Source: Octopus bimaculoides
Taxonomy: Eukaryota
Length of the DNA: 34,902 bases
Direction: 5' to 3'
Assembly (NCBI RefSeq): GCF_001194135.2
Contig: NC_068992.1
Coordinates: forward strand, 19,291,649-19,326,550
Shown here: positions 1-11,736 of the stretch, piece by piece
How the letters are laid out: every line of letters starts with the position of its first letter
How positions within the stretch are numbered: the first letter of the stretch is position 1
The notes under the pieces: model-generated
The model's database searches: none
Seen by the model: only the letters and a program-made list of their open reading frames with translations
What the model was told of the DNA's origin: nothing
Position numbers and translations under genes: made by a program

Positions 1-49
<49 letters not shown>

Positions 50-446
50 GTACATACATATGAACACGTATAATACTCGGCTAGTTGCAGTTTTTTCGAA
101 ATGCATAGAGTGCGTATGTTGATTATTAAGAACTAATGTAATATAATTGATATTTTCCATCAACAAATAGAGAATCTTTCAATTTACCTCTGGTAGGAGT
201 GTGTTTCGCTTGATGCTTTCAAAATGTACTGATTAAACTTAACAAATGCATGCGTACATATATTGTATGTGAGTATGCCTATGTGTATGTTCATTTATGC
301 ACATATAATATGCATATATTTAACAATACATATATTCATAAACACACAGACACACACACACGCATGTATACACACTCACGTACATACATTTACATAAACA
401 AGTATTCAAACACATGCACACACACACACATACATATGCAGATATA

Positions 447-625
447 TGTATATATATATATATATATAAATATATAGACATACGTATATGTATGTAACTG
501 TCTAGATCTATACCTCTCTCTCTTTCTCTTTCTCTCTCTCTCTCTCTGTATATATATATATATATATAAATATATAGACATACGTATATGTATGTAACTG
601 TCTAGATCTATACCTCTCTCTCTTT
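447..625 (+). repeat. Exact 79-bp direct duplication (period 100 bp) abutting an assembly gap
   Basis: 447-525 equals 547-625, including the (TA)n run length; the second copy ends at the N-gap starting at 626. Confidence 0.9.
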
Positions 626-937
626 NNNNNNNNNNNNNNNNNNNNNNNNNNNNNNNNNNNNNNNNNNNNNNNNNNNNNNNNNNNNNNNNNNNNNNNNNNN
701 NNNNNNNNNNNNNNNNNNNNNNNNNNNNNNNNNNNNNNNNNNNATATATATAAAAACATGTGTGTGTGTGTAATTATATATATATATCGAGTGAGAGAGA
801 GATTTTGAAAGAAAATAGAGACAAGGGAAAAAGAGGGAAAGAGGGAGCGGTTGAAATTGGTGTGTATATAGCTAGTTAGCTAGCTAGCTATCGAGATAGA
901 CAGCCAGATAGATTGATCGATTGATAGACAGACAGAC

Positions 938-938
<1 letters not shown>

Positions 939-1027
<89 letters not shown>
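939..1027 (+). repeat. (GATA)n microsatellite
   Basis: Direct reading; preceded by (GACA)n. Confidence 0.97.
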
Positions 1028-1028
<1 letters not shown>

Positions 1029-1532
1029 GCGTTTCTGTAAGTTGCTTCAAACGTGTGTTAGTGTCGCTGAATGTTTGTGTATCCGTGTCGGCGTGTACTT
1101 GTTTTGTGTAAAATCATAGTCATTACTAAACATACTCTCTCACGCTACATCAAAATATTGTGCTTTATGTAATTCAATTCGCAAATTGAAAAACAGAACT
1201 GACCTTATAAATATCAGCGAGCATATTTGAAAAGCCATTGGATAGATAATATATTTGACATAGCCTGCAGTGTCTCAGTTCTGAGAACTGCTTTCTACTG
1301 ACAGTATTTGTAGAAGCCAATGGAATATAGAGGATCAGTAAATCAAGTATCCATCCTTTTCAAATACGCTGCTTTCATCTGAATATTGTGTGAATGGTGC
1401 AAGCGTCAATGGAAAACTGAGCGGCTTACATTGTATTCCTTCATTCATTGAAAGGAATGACCGTTATATTTATTTCTCCATTCAATAACACTTGTATGAT
1501 GTGAGGACACGTATTTCTAAATTTTCCATTGT

Positions 1533-1780
1533 TTTATTTTTATCGTTTTGCTTGTTTCATTCATTGGACTGCGACCATGCCCGGGTATCTCCTTGAGGCA
1601 CTTTATTCGCACAAATCAACTACATTACTTAATACTTTTTTTTAAAGTCTGATATGCATTCTGTTTTGGTAGAACCGCCAACTAAAGAGGTTGTTATCAA
1701 ACCAACACCAGTTGTCAACTGGAGGAACACAGACATCAACGCACACACACACACATACAAACACACACACACACACCTAT
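1533..1780 (-). mobile_element. Degenerate (TG)n-headed SINE with CR1-like 3' tail
   Basis: Plus strand 'cttgtttcattcattggactgcgaccatgc...gtagaaccgccaac...ccagttgtcaac...cacagacatcaacgcacacac' matches an octopus SINE layout recalled from memory. Its minus-strand tail resembles the CR1 3' end at 5170-5220. Single copy in this window. Confidence 0.6.
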
Positions 1781-2043
1781 ATATATCTATGTAACAGAGA
1801 TAGAGAGAAAGAGGAAGAGAGAGAGCGAGTCAATAGTTGAGATCCAGAGATGCTCACTATAAAAAAACAAAAACATACTACTCCCCAAATGATTTGAGTG
1901 TGGCTGTAAGAAGAATCCTTGTGAGCTGATATGGAAATAGTGCTAGAAATAAACAAATAAACACGCTCAAGTTTGATATATATATATACATACTTCGCAT
2001 TTGTTTATTTTGCATCACTATCTCTCGGTCCCCCCTCTCTCTT

Positions 2044-2097
<54 letters not shown>

Positions 2098-3186
2098 GCA
2101 CATGCTAGTACGATCTTGTATACAGTTTCCCTCCACCGAATTCCTGCATAACATATTGTGAATATCAGAAATTTGGGTAGTATCAGAGATTGTGTACAAG
2201 GTATTTACCTGGAGTGTTGATACCTGATTAGAAGGAAATAAGTGTGAAAGGCAGCGCCATCCTACAAAAAGAAACGCCTGAAACCAAAGTATAGAATTTT
2301 CATTTCTCCGATCTGCTGACAGCCAATGAAATGCGGGTATAATTTTATGATCTGGAAATGTACCTTCAGTTTATGGAATGAGGCCACATCGCATCTCCAA
2401 GACCTAAGAATATCAGAAGCCCGTGAACGACAAACCAAGTTATATTAATTACATTTAGACACCATATTCCTTGATTTTCGGGAAAATCTTTGTACTGCTA
2501 ACTGAGAGCACTACATCACCACATTAATACAACAAAAAAAAAAATAATAAAAAAGCGTAGAGAAACTATTGGAAAGATGAGACCGATCCAAAATCTAAAA
2601 TTGGTCCACAATTACAATGATAATTCGCGAACACACACGTGTTTGGCAACAAACCAGTCGAACGACAAATAGGGTTCACCAGTGGCATGTGAACCTGGAT
2701 GTATCATTTCCTGTAAAGTAAACTTTTGGCATGAGTCAAAATATATATTACCTATAAAATGATTGTTTAATATCGACTTAAGAAATAATAAGGAAGTCAG
2801 AACAATCATTTCAATTTGTAACGTTAATACGATTAACAGAAAAAGAATATCAACGTACAGGTCGTAGATGTTCGACGAATGACATTAATAATTAATATTA
2901 TTTCATATTGTTGTTTTTTAAAGCGCATTATATTTATGTATATGAATTTTCTTCTTTACCAATAATCCGATACAACGATGCACTTTTATTCTCCAATGAG
3001 GAACACAAATGAGATCATTTGCCAAACAGGTAATGCAATGGAATTGATAGATAATCTTTAAGTAATATCTTTTTATACATATTTTCTGTTCCTTTATCCC
3101 TGCGTGCAGACATACACAAACATATGCGCGTGCACCACTCCACACACAAACTCACACAAACACACACACATGCAGAGGGAGGTAAT

Positions 3187-3266
<80 letters not shown>

Positions 3267-3633
3267 AAGTCTCAAAAATAAACGCAAGCACACATATAAT
3301 CTATACATTTGTATGAATAGATTTTCTATTTCAAACCTTGTATTAGACAAGTAAATTTGTACGATGGTCATCCGGCAAATAGAAGCGGGTACTAGTTACA
3401 GTTAAATAATTCAATGTTAGCTAATATATAAACATTTTCATTAAGAGAGTAGTTAAGATTAAACAAACGTTCCACTTAGATATACATAAACAGCAAATTG
3501 GGTATATCTCTGTTAGGAAGAATGTCCCATGCAGTGAACATCAAGATATCTGTGCAATGGAAAATTTTAAATATTCCCATTTTACAAAATAAATAATGAA
3601 AACGTTCAAATACGAAAGGCAAGAGGAGATTAC

Positions 3634-3723
3634 CTTATAAAAATATTAAATCCGAAATTTAAGCGAAAATAGCCAACACTACATACAATAGACAATGGTA
3701 AAAGAATATCTATGATCATAAAT
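3634..3723 (-). CDS. Candidate 90-bp symmetric (phase 2-2) exon, FMIIDILLPLSIVCSVGYFRLNFGFNIFI, product unknown
   Basis: Acceptor tttattttcag, donor AAG|gtaatc, one open frame; phase-compatible with 3826-3867. No recognisable homology. Confidence 0.3.
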
Positions 3724-3825
3724 CTGAAAATAAAGCGGAAATAATTAATACCACCACTACCACAAAAATAACAACTTCCTCTTTAAGAGCAGGTGTGTTT
3801 GAAAAGGTTACATGAAAGCACTCAC

Positions 3826-3867
3826 ACACGAGAAAGATGTTTCTTCCGAAAGATAGTTAGTAACATC
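3826..3867 (-). CDS. Candidate 42-bp exon, MLLTIFRKKHLSR, product unknown
   Basis: Acceptor tctttttattag, donor GT|gtgagt; a 102-bp intron joins it in frame to 3634-3723. Confidence 0.3.
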
Positions 3868-3970
3868 CTAATAAAAAGATTTCATAACCTTTCTTTAAAA
3901 AATATTAAAATATAAAATCACCTACCTTTACAATTCAAAACTGTATTAAGTAATTCTCATAGACTTTCTA

Positions 3971-4001
3971 ATCTATCTATCTATCTATCTATCTATCTAT
4001 T

Positions 4002-4062
<61 letters not shown>

Positions 4063-4067
4063 ATCTG

Positions 4068-4106
<39 letters not shown>
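3971..4106 (+). repeat. Compound (TCTA)n(TTTC)n(TC)n microsatellite ending at a gap
   Basis: Direct reading. Confidence 0.95.
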
Positions 4107-4219
4107 NNNNNNNNNNNNNNNNNNNNNNNNNNNNNNNNNNNNNNNNNNNNNNNNNNNNNNNNNNNNNNNNNNNNNNNNNNNNNNNNNNNNNNNNNNNNNN
4201 NNNNNNNNNNNNNNNNNNN

Positions 4220-4259
<40 letters not shown>

Positions 4260-4802
4260 TTTATCATCACCTTATTTATTACGTAGACACGAGCTGAAAG
4301 CGAGGGAATGAACAAAATAGATCTTTTTAAATGTTAAGCAATAGTTTGATTTCTGGTTTAGGTATATAATACCACATTGCCCTATCCTCATTACGCCATA
4401 ACCGAAAGTACATACTTATAAACATACTTACCATACGAACGCAATGCATCCAAAGTGCATATACAAATGTTCACACTTATATACAAGTTAAATCTAATTC
4501 ATTCATCTCAGTCACGTGTGTGAAAAATGAAAATAATTCAGCAGCGAATAAATTTGGTTTCAGTGAATTCATATTTTTCATTATAATGAAGGATAAAATC
4601 TATATAGTATTTTATCAAGTAGCTAGGATGTAGAAAAAATACATTTAGGTAAAAATTAATACAAAGTATTTAATTTTAAAAATATAATTATAAAATTATA
4701 AGGGCAACTACTGGGTTATGTCACATGCTAGAAGAAGACGCCAAATGGCTTTAAAACTATCTTATGTAACACATAGAAACGGGAATGAATGGGGTAACTG
4801 GG

Positions 4803-5220
4803 CTACTGGGAGAGACTAAAAGAATTAGGAATCTACTCCTTGGAGCGCAGATGGAGGAGGTATGCCGTGATATATCTATAGGAAGTCCTGGAGCAGCCGG
4901 CACCAAAGTTTGGTATCGAGGGCTGCACCAGACTCCGAATTGAACCTCACTGCACTGTTCATAAGTTCCCAGCTATTCCGTCCAATAGCTTGGTGTTCAA
5001 GGGCATCCAGCTATTTACCACATTGCCAACACGACTGCGGGATCTTAAAGGAATTGGAGTAGATGTTTGCAAGAAACAGCTTGACCTCTTGCTATCCAAC
5101 GTCCCAGAGGAACCTATCAAGGCAGAAAACTCAAAAGAGGGCAGCAGTGTCGAACTCACTCGGTCACACTGGTGATGCTCCACCATAGTTACAGACATTT
5201 GGCTGAAACGTATAAAAAAT
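4803..5220 (+). mobile_element. 5'-truncated CR1-clade LINE 3' end (decayed ORF2 C-terminus plus 3' UTR)
   Basis: Translates YWERLKELGIYSLERRWRRYAVIYL*EVLE and NSLVFKGIQLFTTLPTRLRDLKG...KKQLDLLLSNVPEEP, the typical CR1 ORF2 C-terminal pattern; ends ctgaaacgtataaaaaa. Confidence 0.85.
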
Positions 5221-5969
5221 AACCGTATATACTTAACGTACATGCATTGTGTATTTTCTGGTGGCTGCAATAGCATGGTGGCGTATATACACTCTGAAAG
5301 CGCCGGGTATCAGAGCGCCTCAGAGTCATGGACAAGCGAGATAATGCAACTTCAGTCCCATTTGGGAGTGATGGACATTGAAGTTTCGTCACTTTCATGG
5401 CATGACAATATCACGTAGCCGCCAGAGTTGAAGGCAAGTCACCCAGTCAGTTTACGACTTATATGGTCATGGGTTATAAAACCTTGTGCTGTCAGGCCCG
5501 GAAATGGCTTAGCTAAGAAAAAAATTACAAATGAAATAAAAGTAGCTCTAGTATAATGAATATTATTATCTACATATACTTTACGTATCTCTTGTAAGAG
5601 GAACTGTATAAATTTGCAAGACATTTCTCACGTTCAAAATGTAATGTTTTTGTTACCAACATTGCAATGAAAGCGCTTTAAATCTTTGTGAAAATCAACC
5701 TACTTCCTTACAGGTAAACTTCAAATATTAAGCAAATGGAAACACACACACACACACACACATACACACAAACTCACACACACACACACACTCACACATA
5801 CACACTCACACACACATACATACACTAATAAGCATTCATGCATACATACAAACAAACATAAATACGTACATCTATAAATTCGTACACACTTATTTGTATA
5901 TACATATGTATGCATATATATGAATTTAAATACATGTATATGTACATATATATATATATCTGTGTATAA

Positions 5970-6013
<44 letters not shown>

Positions 6014-6957
6014 NNNNNNNNNNNNNNNNNNNNNNNNNNNNNNNNNNNNNNNNNNNNNNNNNNNNNNNNNNNNNNNNNNNNNNNNNNNNNNNNNNNNNNN
6101 NNNNNNNNNNNNNNNNNNNNNNNNNNNNNNNNNNNNNNNNNNNNNNNNNNNNNNNNNNNNNNNNNNNNNNNNNNNNNNNNNNNNNNNNNNNNNNNNNNNN
6201 NNNNNNNNNNNNNNNNNNNNNNNNNNNNNNNNNNNNNNNNNNNNNNNNNNNNNNNNNNNNNNNNNNNNNNNNNNNNNNNNNNNNNNNNNNNNNNNNNNNN
6301 NNNNNNNNNNNNNNNNNNNNNNNNNNNNNNNNNNNNNNNNNNNNNNNNNNNNNNNNNNNNNNNNNNNNNNNNNNNNNNNNNNNNNNNNNNNNNNNNNNNN
6401 NNNNNNNNNNNNNNNNNNNNNNNNNNNNNNNNNNNNNNNNNNNNNNNNNNNNNNNNNNNNNNNNNNNNNNNNNNNNNNNNNNNNNNNNNNNNNNNNNNNN
6501 NNNNNNNNNNNNNNNNNNNNNNNNNNNNNNNNNNNNNNNNNNNNNNNNNNNNNNNNNNNNNNNNNNNNNNNNNNNNNNNNNNNNNNNNNNNNNNNNNNNN
6601 NNNNNNNNNNNNNNNNNNNNNNNNNNNNNNNNNNNNNNNNNNNNNNNNNNNNNNNNNNNNNNNNNNNNNNNNNNNNNNNNNNNNNNNNNNNNNNNNNNNN
6701 NNNNNNNNNNNNNNNNNNNNNNNNNNNNNNNNNNNNNNNNNNNNNNNNNNNNNNNNNNNNNNNNNNNNNNNNNNNNTGTGTAATACATATTATATTAGAT
6801 TCGTTACAGCAATCACATTTAAAAAGCTCATGACATTTACACACGATAAATGCATACATACACACAGAGATAGATAAATAGATAGATATGTATAAACATA
6901 TGTGGGTGTATATATGAATACATTCTCAAATTATGTGTACGCATACATACACACAGA

Positions 6958-7018
6958 CTCACTCACTCACTCACTCACTCACTCACTCACTCACTCTCTC
7001 TCACACACACACACACAT
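6958..7018 (+). repeat. (CTCA)n/(CA)n microsatellite
   Basis: Direct reading. Confidence 0.95.
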
Positions 7019-7767
7019 ATGTATATTTTATATGATTTTAGCTTCCTAATGAAATCCAGTAACTGAATCTGTTTACTTCGTAGCCAATGAAATAAGCATT
7101 TTCCTATCGTAATATCATTTGCACCAACATTTCTTTAACTGTTATATACGAGTTTCCTAAACATTCACCTACAACTAAATGTAATTTTCGATAGAAATAG
7201 AGTGACAGTTATTTTGCGGCGAGAGTAATGTTGATTTTATCAACATCAGTATTTGTCTATCGCATATACTATAGAACCTGGAATATACACAGAAATACAA
7301 AAGACCTCGGGCAGAATTGGATTGAAATGTAAACAAAATATGATGAAATAGCGCATAATGTATCAATTTTCTGGGATCTCCCCGAATTCCTCCATTACGT
7401 TCTACTCTCTCACTTTCTGTCTCTCTCTTTTGAAATATGTATGGGTATGTACGTTTATGTATGTGCGTGTGATCCTGTTGCTTTTTGTGTACTTACTAAT
7501 ATATCCATATATAATAATATATAACGCATGCTGTATATAATTTCGAACTACGAATAGTTTCACACAGGAAGATGTAGATTAGGCAAGTTGCAATAACATA
7601 CCGTGTGTCTCCGAGCGTGTTACGAAAATTTACTTTGACTGCATCTCCGACGCATGAAAATATTAGCTGCTCGTAATAAATATATGGTGTGTACATTAAA
7701 TAATATTAATCCCACACTGGATGGAGTACTGTTTATGTTGATCATATCTTAACAGAAAAGTTAACTA

Positions 7768-7829
<62 letters not shown>

Positions 7830-7830
<1 letters not shown>

Positions 7831-8075
7831 TTCTGTTCGGAATGTCTCTGCACAGAGCCCACTCGGACTCCAACCTTCTCTGTAAACAGGAATTGATCTT
7901 GTCTCTTCGTTCCTTTGCGCCATATGGACTCAACTCACTACATCACCACACACCTCCGACTATTGTGACATTCTGTCGTATTCTTTAGTTGTATTGGTGG
8001 TTTAAATGTGAAATTTTATTCTTCTCTCTAGCAGGTAGGCGTCTTGTGCATCCTTGATATTTATATACATTACCT
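7830..8075 (+). mobile_element. Penelope-like element fragment (GIY-YIG endonuclease C-terminus and 3' flank)
   Basis: ORF 7773-7988 contains KQELILSLRSFAPYGLN, fitting the E-x3-I-x2-L-x4-P-x-GLN C-terminal motif of Penelope GIY-YIG domains; starts right after a (TA)n run. Confidence 0.6.
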
Positions 8076-9264
8076 TAGAAGCCGCCCGTTAGGGTGACTT
8101 TGAATTTGGCTACTGTGGAGGGTTCTACATTAGGCCTTGGGCTCAACAGTGATACTTAATGCATTTAGTACATATTAAATCTTATCTAACTTGAACAATA
8201 ATTTTCATCAAAACAATGATATAATTTGTCTACTTGGAATTTAATTTGAATCTATTTGAGTCCACAATAATCTAGTAATTGTTACCAGCTAGTAGATATA
8301 CAACCGTCATGCTATAGTACGATGTTTATATTCAGACAGAGAAATAATTACTGGATGACCATGGATTTTCTCACAAAACTTTGAATGCGTAATAAATAGA
8401 ACAGCACCTTGTAAAGCGAGAGTTGTGATTGAATATTTAAACAATATACATAGGAAATACCTCATTATAAGTATTAAATAGCTTCATCACAGTCAACTAA
8501 TCTGTGATAAATCATACGTTCTTATACATTTTGATAAGCTACACGTGTGATAATAAACATACTACTTACTTAGCCTGTTCGTACCCTATGCAGCATAGGC
8601 AATCATTGACATTTTAACACTGTTATTTCTGGACGTTTCCTCAGCTTTGCCTCAGTGTTCTACACCGGAGGGTAGGCACACATTTTCCTTATATTGTTCG
8701 CTTATACTTGTCATCGATGCTTGTGTAACTGCTTTTTTTGAAGGTGTAGGTGTTTGCTCTTCGCAAAGCCATTTTAAACTCCAGAAAGTGGTGGCCCAGA
8801 TTAGTCTGGTATCTATACTTTGAAGAGTTCAGCATGAGAGGCCCTGTCAGGAGCTTGCGTACTGCTGAAAGATCTTTGGGTCACTCAGGCACACAAAAAA
8901 CTGTACAAGAAGTGAACATTGTGGTGGGTGTTGTAATATAGCAGATACTTTTCTCTTCTTCGGCAGAATATATTATAATTCTTGATTAGTTGCCTAGTGG
9001 ATTCTAACTCGAATGTTAAAGAAGATTCATCAAATGAACGAATATATTTTATAAGGAATTATTACCAAGATACACATTCACACTCACACACATATATGCA
9101 CACTCACACACGTATTCACGCACACACGCACACATATTCTCATACGCGCGCACACACTCACACACGCACGCGCGTGAATAGAACTGAAGCAATATATGGT
9201 TTTGTTTTATTCTCTTAATTATTATTTAAATGCAACAACAAAAATATGTTTGTATTTGTGTGCT

Positions 9265-9306
<42 letters not shown>

Positions 9307-9345
9307 NNNNNNNNNNNNNNNNNNNNNNNNNNNNNNNNNNNNNNN

Positions 9346-9407
<62 letters not shown>

Positions 9408-9859
9408 AAAACGTGTGTGGACAGCTCGTCTATACTGTATTGAATTACACGCAAATACATAATTTTAATGAGACATGAATTTTTCATAATGCAACATACT
9501 GCTAAAGCAAATATATAGAATACGCGTCTATCCTAAAATTACTAGACACAAGGATGTCAGAATCCAGCTGTAAAAATCAAGAGATATTGATAATAGAAAG
9601 TATAAGCATTGTTGTTACGCAAGTGAACAATACTACATATCCCGAATATGTGTAGCATTGATGATGGTTCTGAAATAAGGGTTTTCCAAAGGAATTTATG
9701 GCTGAATATTGAAAAATACGTAAAAATAATCTAAAGAAAATAATAAAAGTAGAACGAAAATATATTTTCAAAAGATGAAGTACACAACTACACCCTACAC
9801 CTCCATCTATTTATATGCGTGTATATATGTTTGATGATTGTTACTTCTTCACAGAAGAA

Positions 9860-10243
9860 GACCATCTCTTCAACTAGTAAATGCCATCGGGAGATCTCGG
9901 ATGACTAGCAAGTCCGGCTGCTGAAAAAATAGTCCTACTGCAGATGATACGGAGATTACAAATTGTCTGGAATTGAGGTCAGTCCTGTCTAAGAAGTGCT
10001 CGTTGAAAGACGAAGTGTTCGACACTCCAGTACTTGACATGTTTTACAACCATCGTATATCACTTTTTTTCCAAATTGAGCGATTATACCTCATCTGCTT
10101 CCAGTCTACAGCATCTACACTAGGAACCTCTTGGCTGTTTTTGATGACATCCCTGAAATGTTTCTTAAAAGCTTGGCCGAAAGTTTACCGCCTTATAACT
10201 CCCCATGAAACGACTGCCTGGGCAACCTCTTATCCTCCATCGT
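9860..10243 (-). mobile_element. RTE (BovB-like) LINE 3' remnant
   Basis: Minus strand reads RMEDKRLPRQSFHGEL*GGK...FKKHFRDVIKNS...DWKQMRYNRSIWKK and later ICSRTIFSAAGLASHPRS, matching the RTE C-terminal RM-D-RLPK-FYGEL block and the terminal C/H motif; stops and frameshifts present. Confidence 0.85.
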
Positions 10244-11519
10244 AACACAGACACCACACATATATACATGAATAATTACACGCACAAACGCTCACACACA
10301 CACAATTTCTCGTTCTCTCTCTCCCCCACACTCACCTCCCCACACATATTATAAATGTGTATGTATATATGTATACCTGTCTGCATGTACGTCTCCTTGC
10401 TTGTATGTACGCATATTTTTTTGCATATACGTAAGTTCAATTTGGTAAGCTAGTTATAGACATAAAATTGAAAACATTAAAACATTGATTTGAGAATATA
10501 TTCCTCAAAATAGGATTACATTTATAATTCATTGTAAACATGTATGTAGTTGTAAAAATAAAAAAGATTTTTTTGTTTAATAAACAATTGGTGTTTTCCG
10601 GTAAGAAGAAAATCGATTTTTTTTTATAGTTATGGAAAAAATATGAATACAATTTATTACTTCAACTTTGTCTTTTAACTTGATTATAAGAAGTAGACGT
10701 GTGTTTGTACTAATGTCTGAGTATGCTATTATCACTTTGTTCAGACTTGAAATAAAGAAAATAATATAGAATATCATTGTGAGTGTCCCTTTAAATAATT
10801 TTACCTTTGTTCTTCCGTAGGGAAATATTGTAATGTTATTTAATATATATTCCCTTTGATGTCTTCTTGTGATTCCGACGTGGTCAATACTATACTTACC
10901 TTATACTATATTATAGATTGATTCTTCTATACATCGAAACCCTTAAGACTGATGAACCTATAACTATTCTTCGTGATATTTCTGTTGTAGAATCTTGCTA
11001 CCCTAAAGAAAGTAAATTCAGTTCTTCAGCAAAAAGACATTAGACTAAAGGTTTCAGGAACGTATTTTTGACCGCCTTCGCTTAAACTGATGTAATTTTT
11101 TTCACTTAAGTTGTCTTGAAGCTGTGCTGTAACTTCTGCCTCGTGAACGAAGAGTCAACTCTCCAAGACCACATATTCTCACTAAACAAAATACGTCAGA
11201 AATATTTTGGAGAGTTGGTTTTGGAGAGTTGTCTCGTCTTTCTAGCATAGCTGGTATATATTTTTATACCCTGAATTTATATATTNNNNNNNNNNNNNNN
11301 NNNNNNNNNNNNNNNNNNNNNNNNNNNNNNNNNNNNNNNNNNNNNNNNNNNNNNNNNNNNNNNNNNNNNNNNNNNNNNNNNNNNNNNNNNNNNNNNNNNN
11401 NNNNNNNNNNNNNNNNNNNNNNNNNNNNNNNNNNNNTATATATATATATATATATATATATATTCAGCTGTATATATATTTAGCTGTATATATATACTTA
11501 TATATATATTTACACCTTA

Positions 11520-11736
11520 ATATATATATAGTTGGAATTTACAAAAGAAATACACAAAAGACGAAGACGGGTGTGAATCTGGCTGCTCTCGGGCCTTAGA
11601 AACTTCAGTACCACTGGGCCACTGTTCTCTCTACATCTTATCAACTTTGTTCTGTCGAGCCCTGATATGTTCCGCATTGTGACGGCGTATTTCGTTGTCT
11701 GCGTGTCTGGCCCGAACATCGTTTCTCCTGACTGCT
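11520..11736. mobile_element. Probable Penelope-associated repeat fragment flanking the L1-type element
   Basis: 'tatagttggaatttacaaaag...aaaagacgaagacgggtgtg' resembles a common octopus repeat start recalled from memory; GC-rich with a short open minus frame (AVRRNDVRARHADNEIRRHNAEHIRARQNK). Confidence 0.35.

Noticed and set aside
2612-2809. IHPGSH motif suggesting a PhyH-family dioxygenase exon
   Set aside because: The motif context does not fit, the donor is weak, and the phase does not link to neighbouring candidates.
1878-3371. ERERER, SLSLSL, HTHTHT and YIYIYI ORFs
   Set aside because: Translations of (GA)n, (CA)n and (TA)n microsatellites.
5721-6865. ORFs of 287-355 aa
   Set aside because: They are almost all X from N-runs plus (TA)n/(TG)n; the same applies at 24778-26012, 27343-27966 and 30179-31338.
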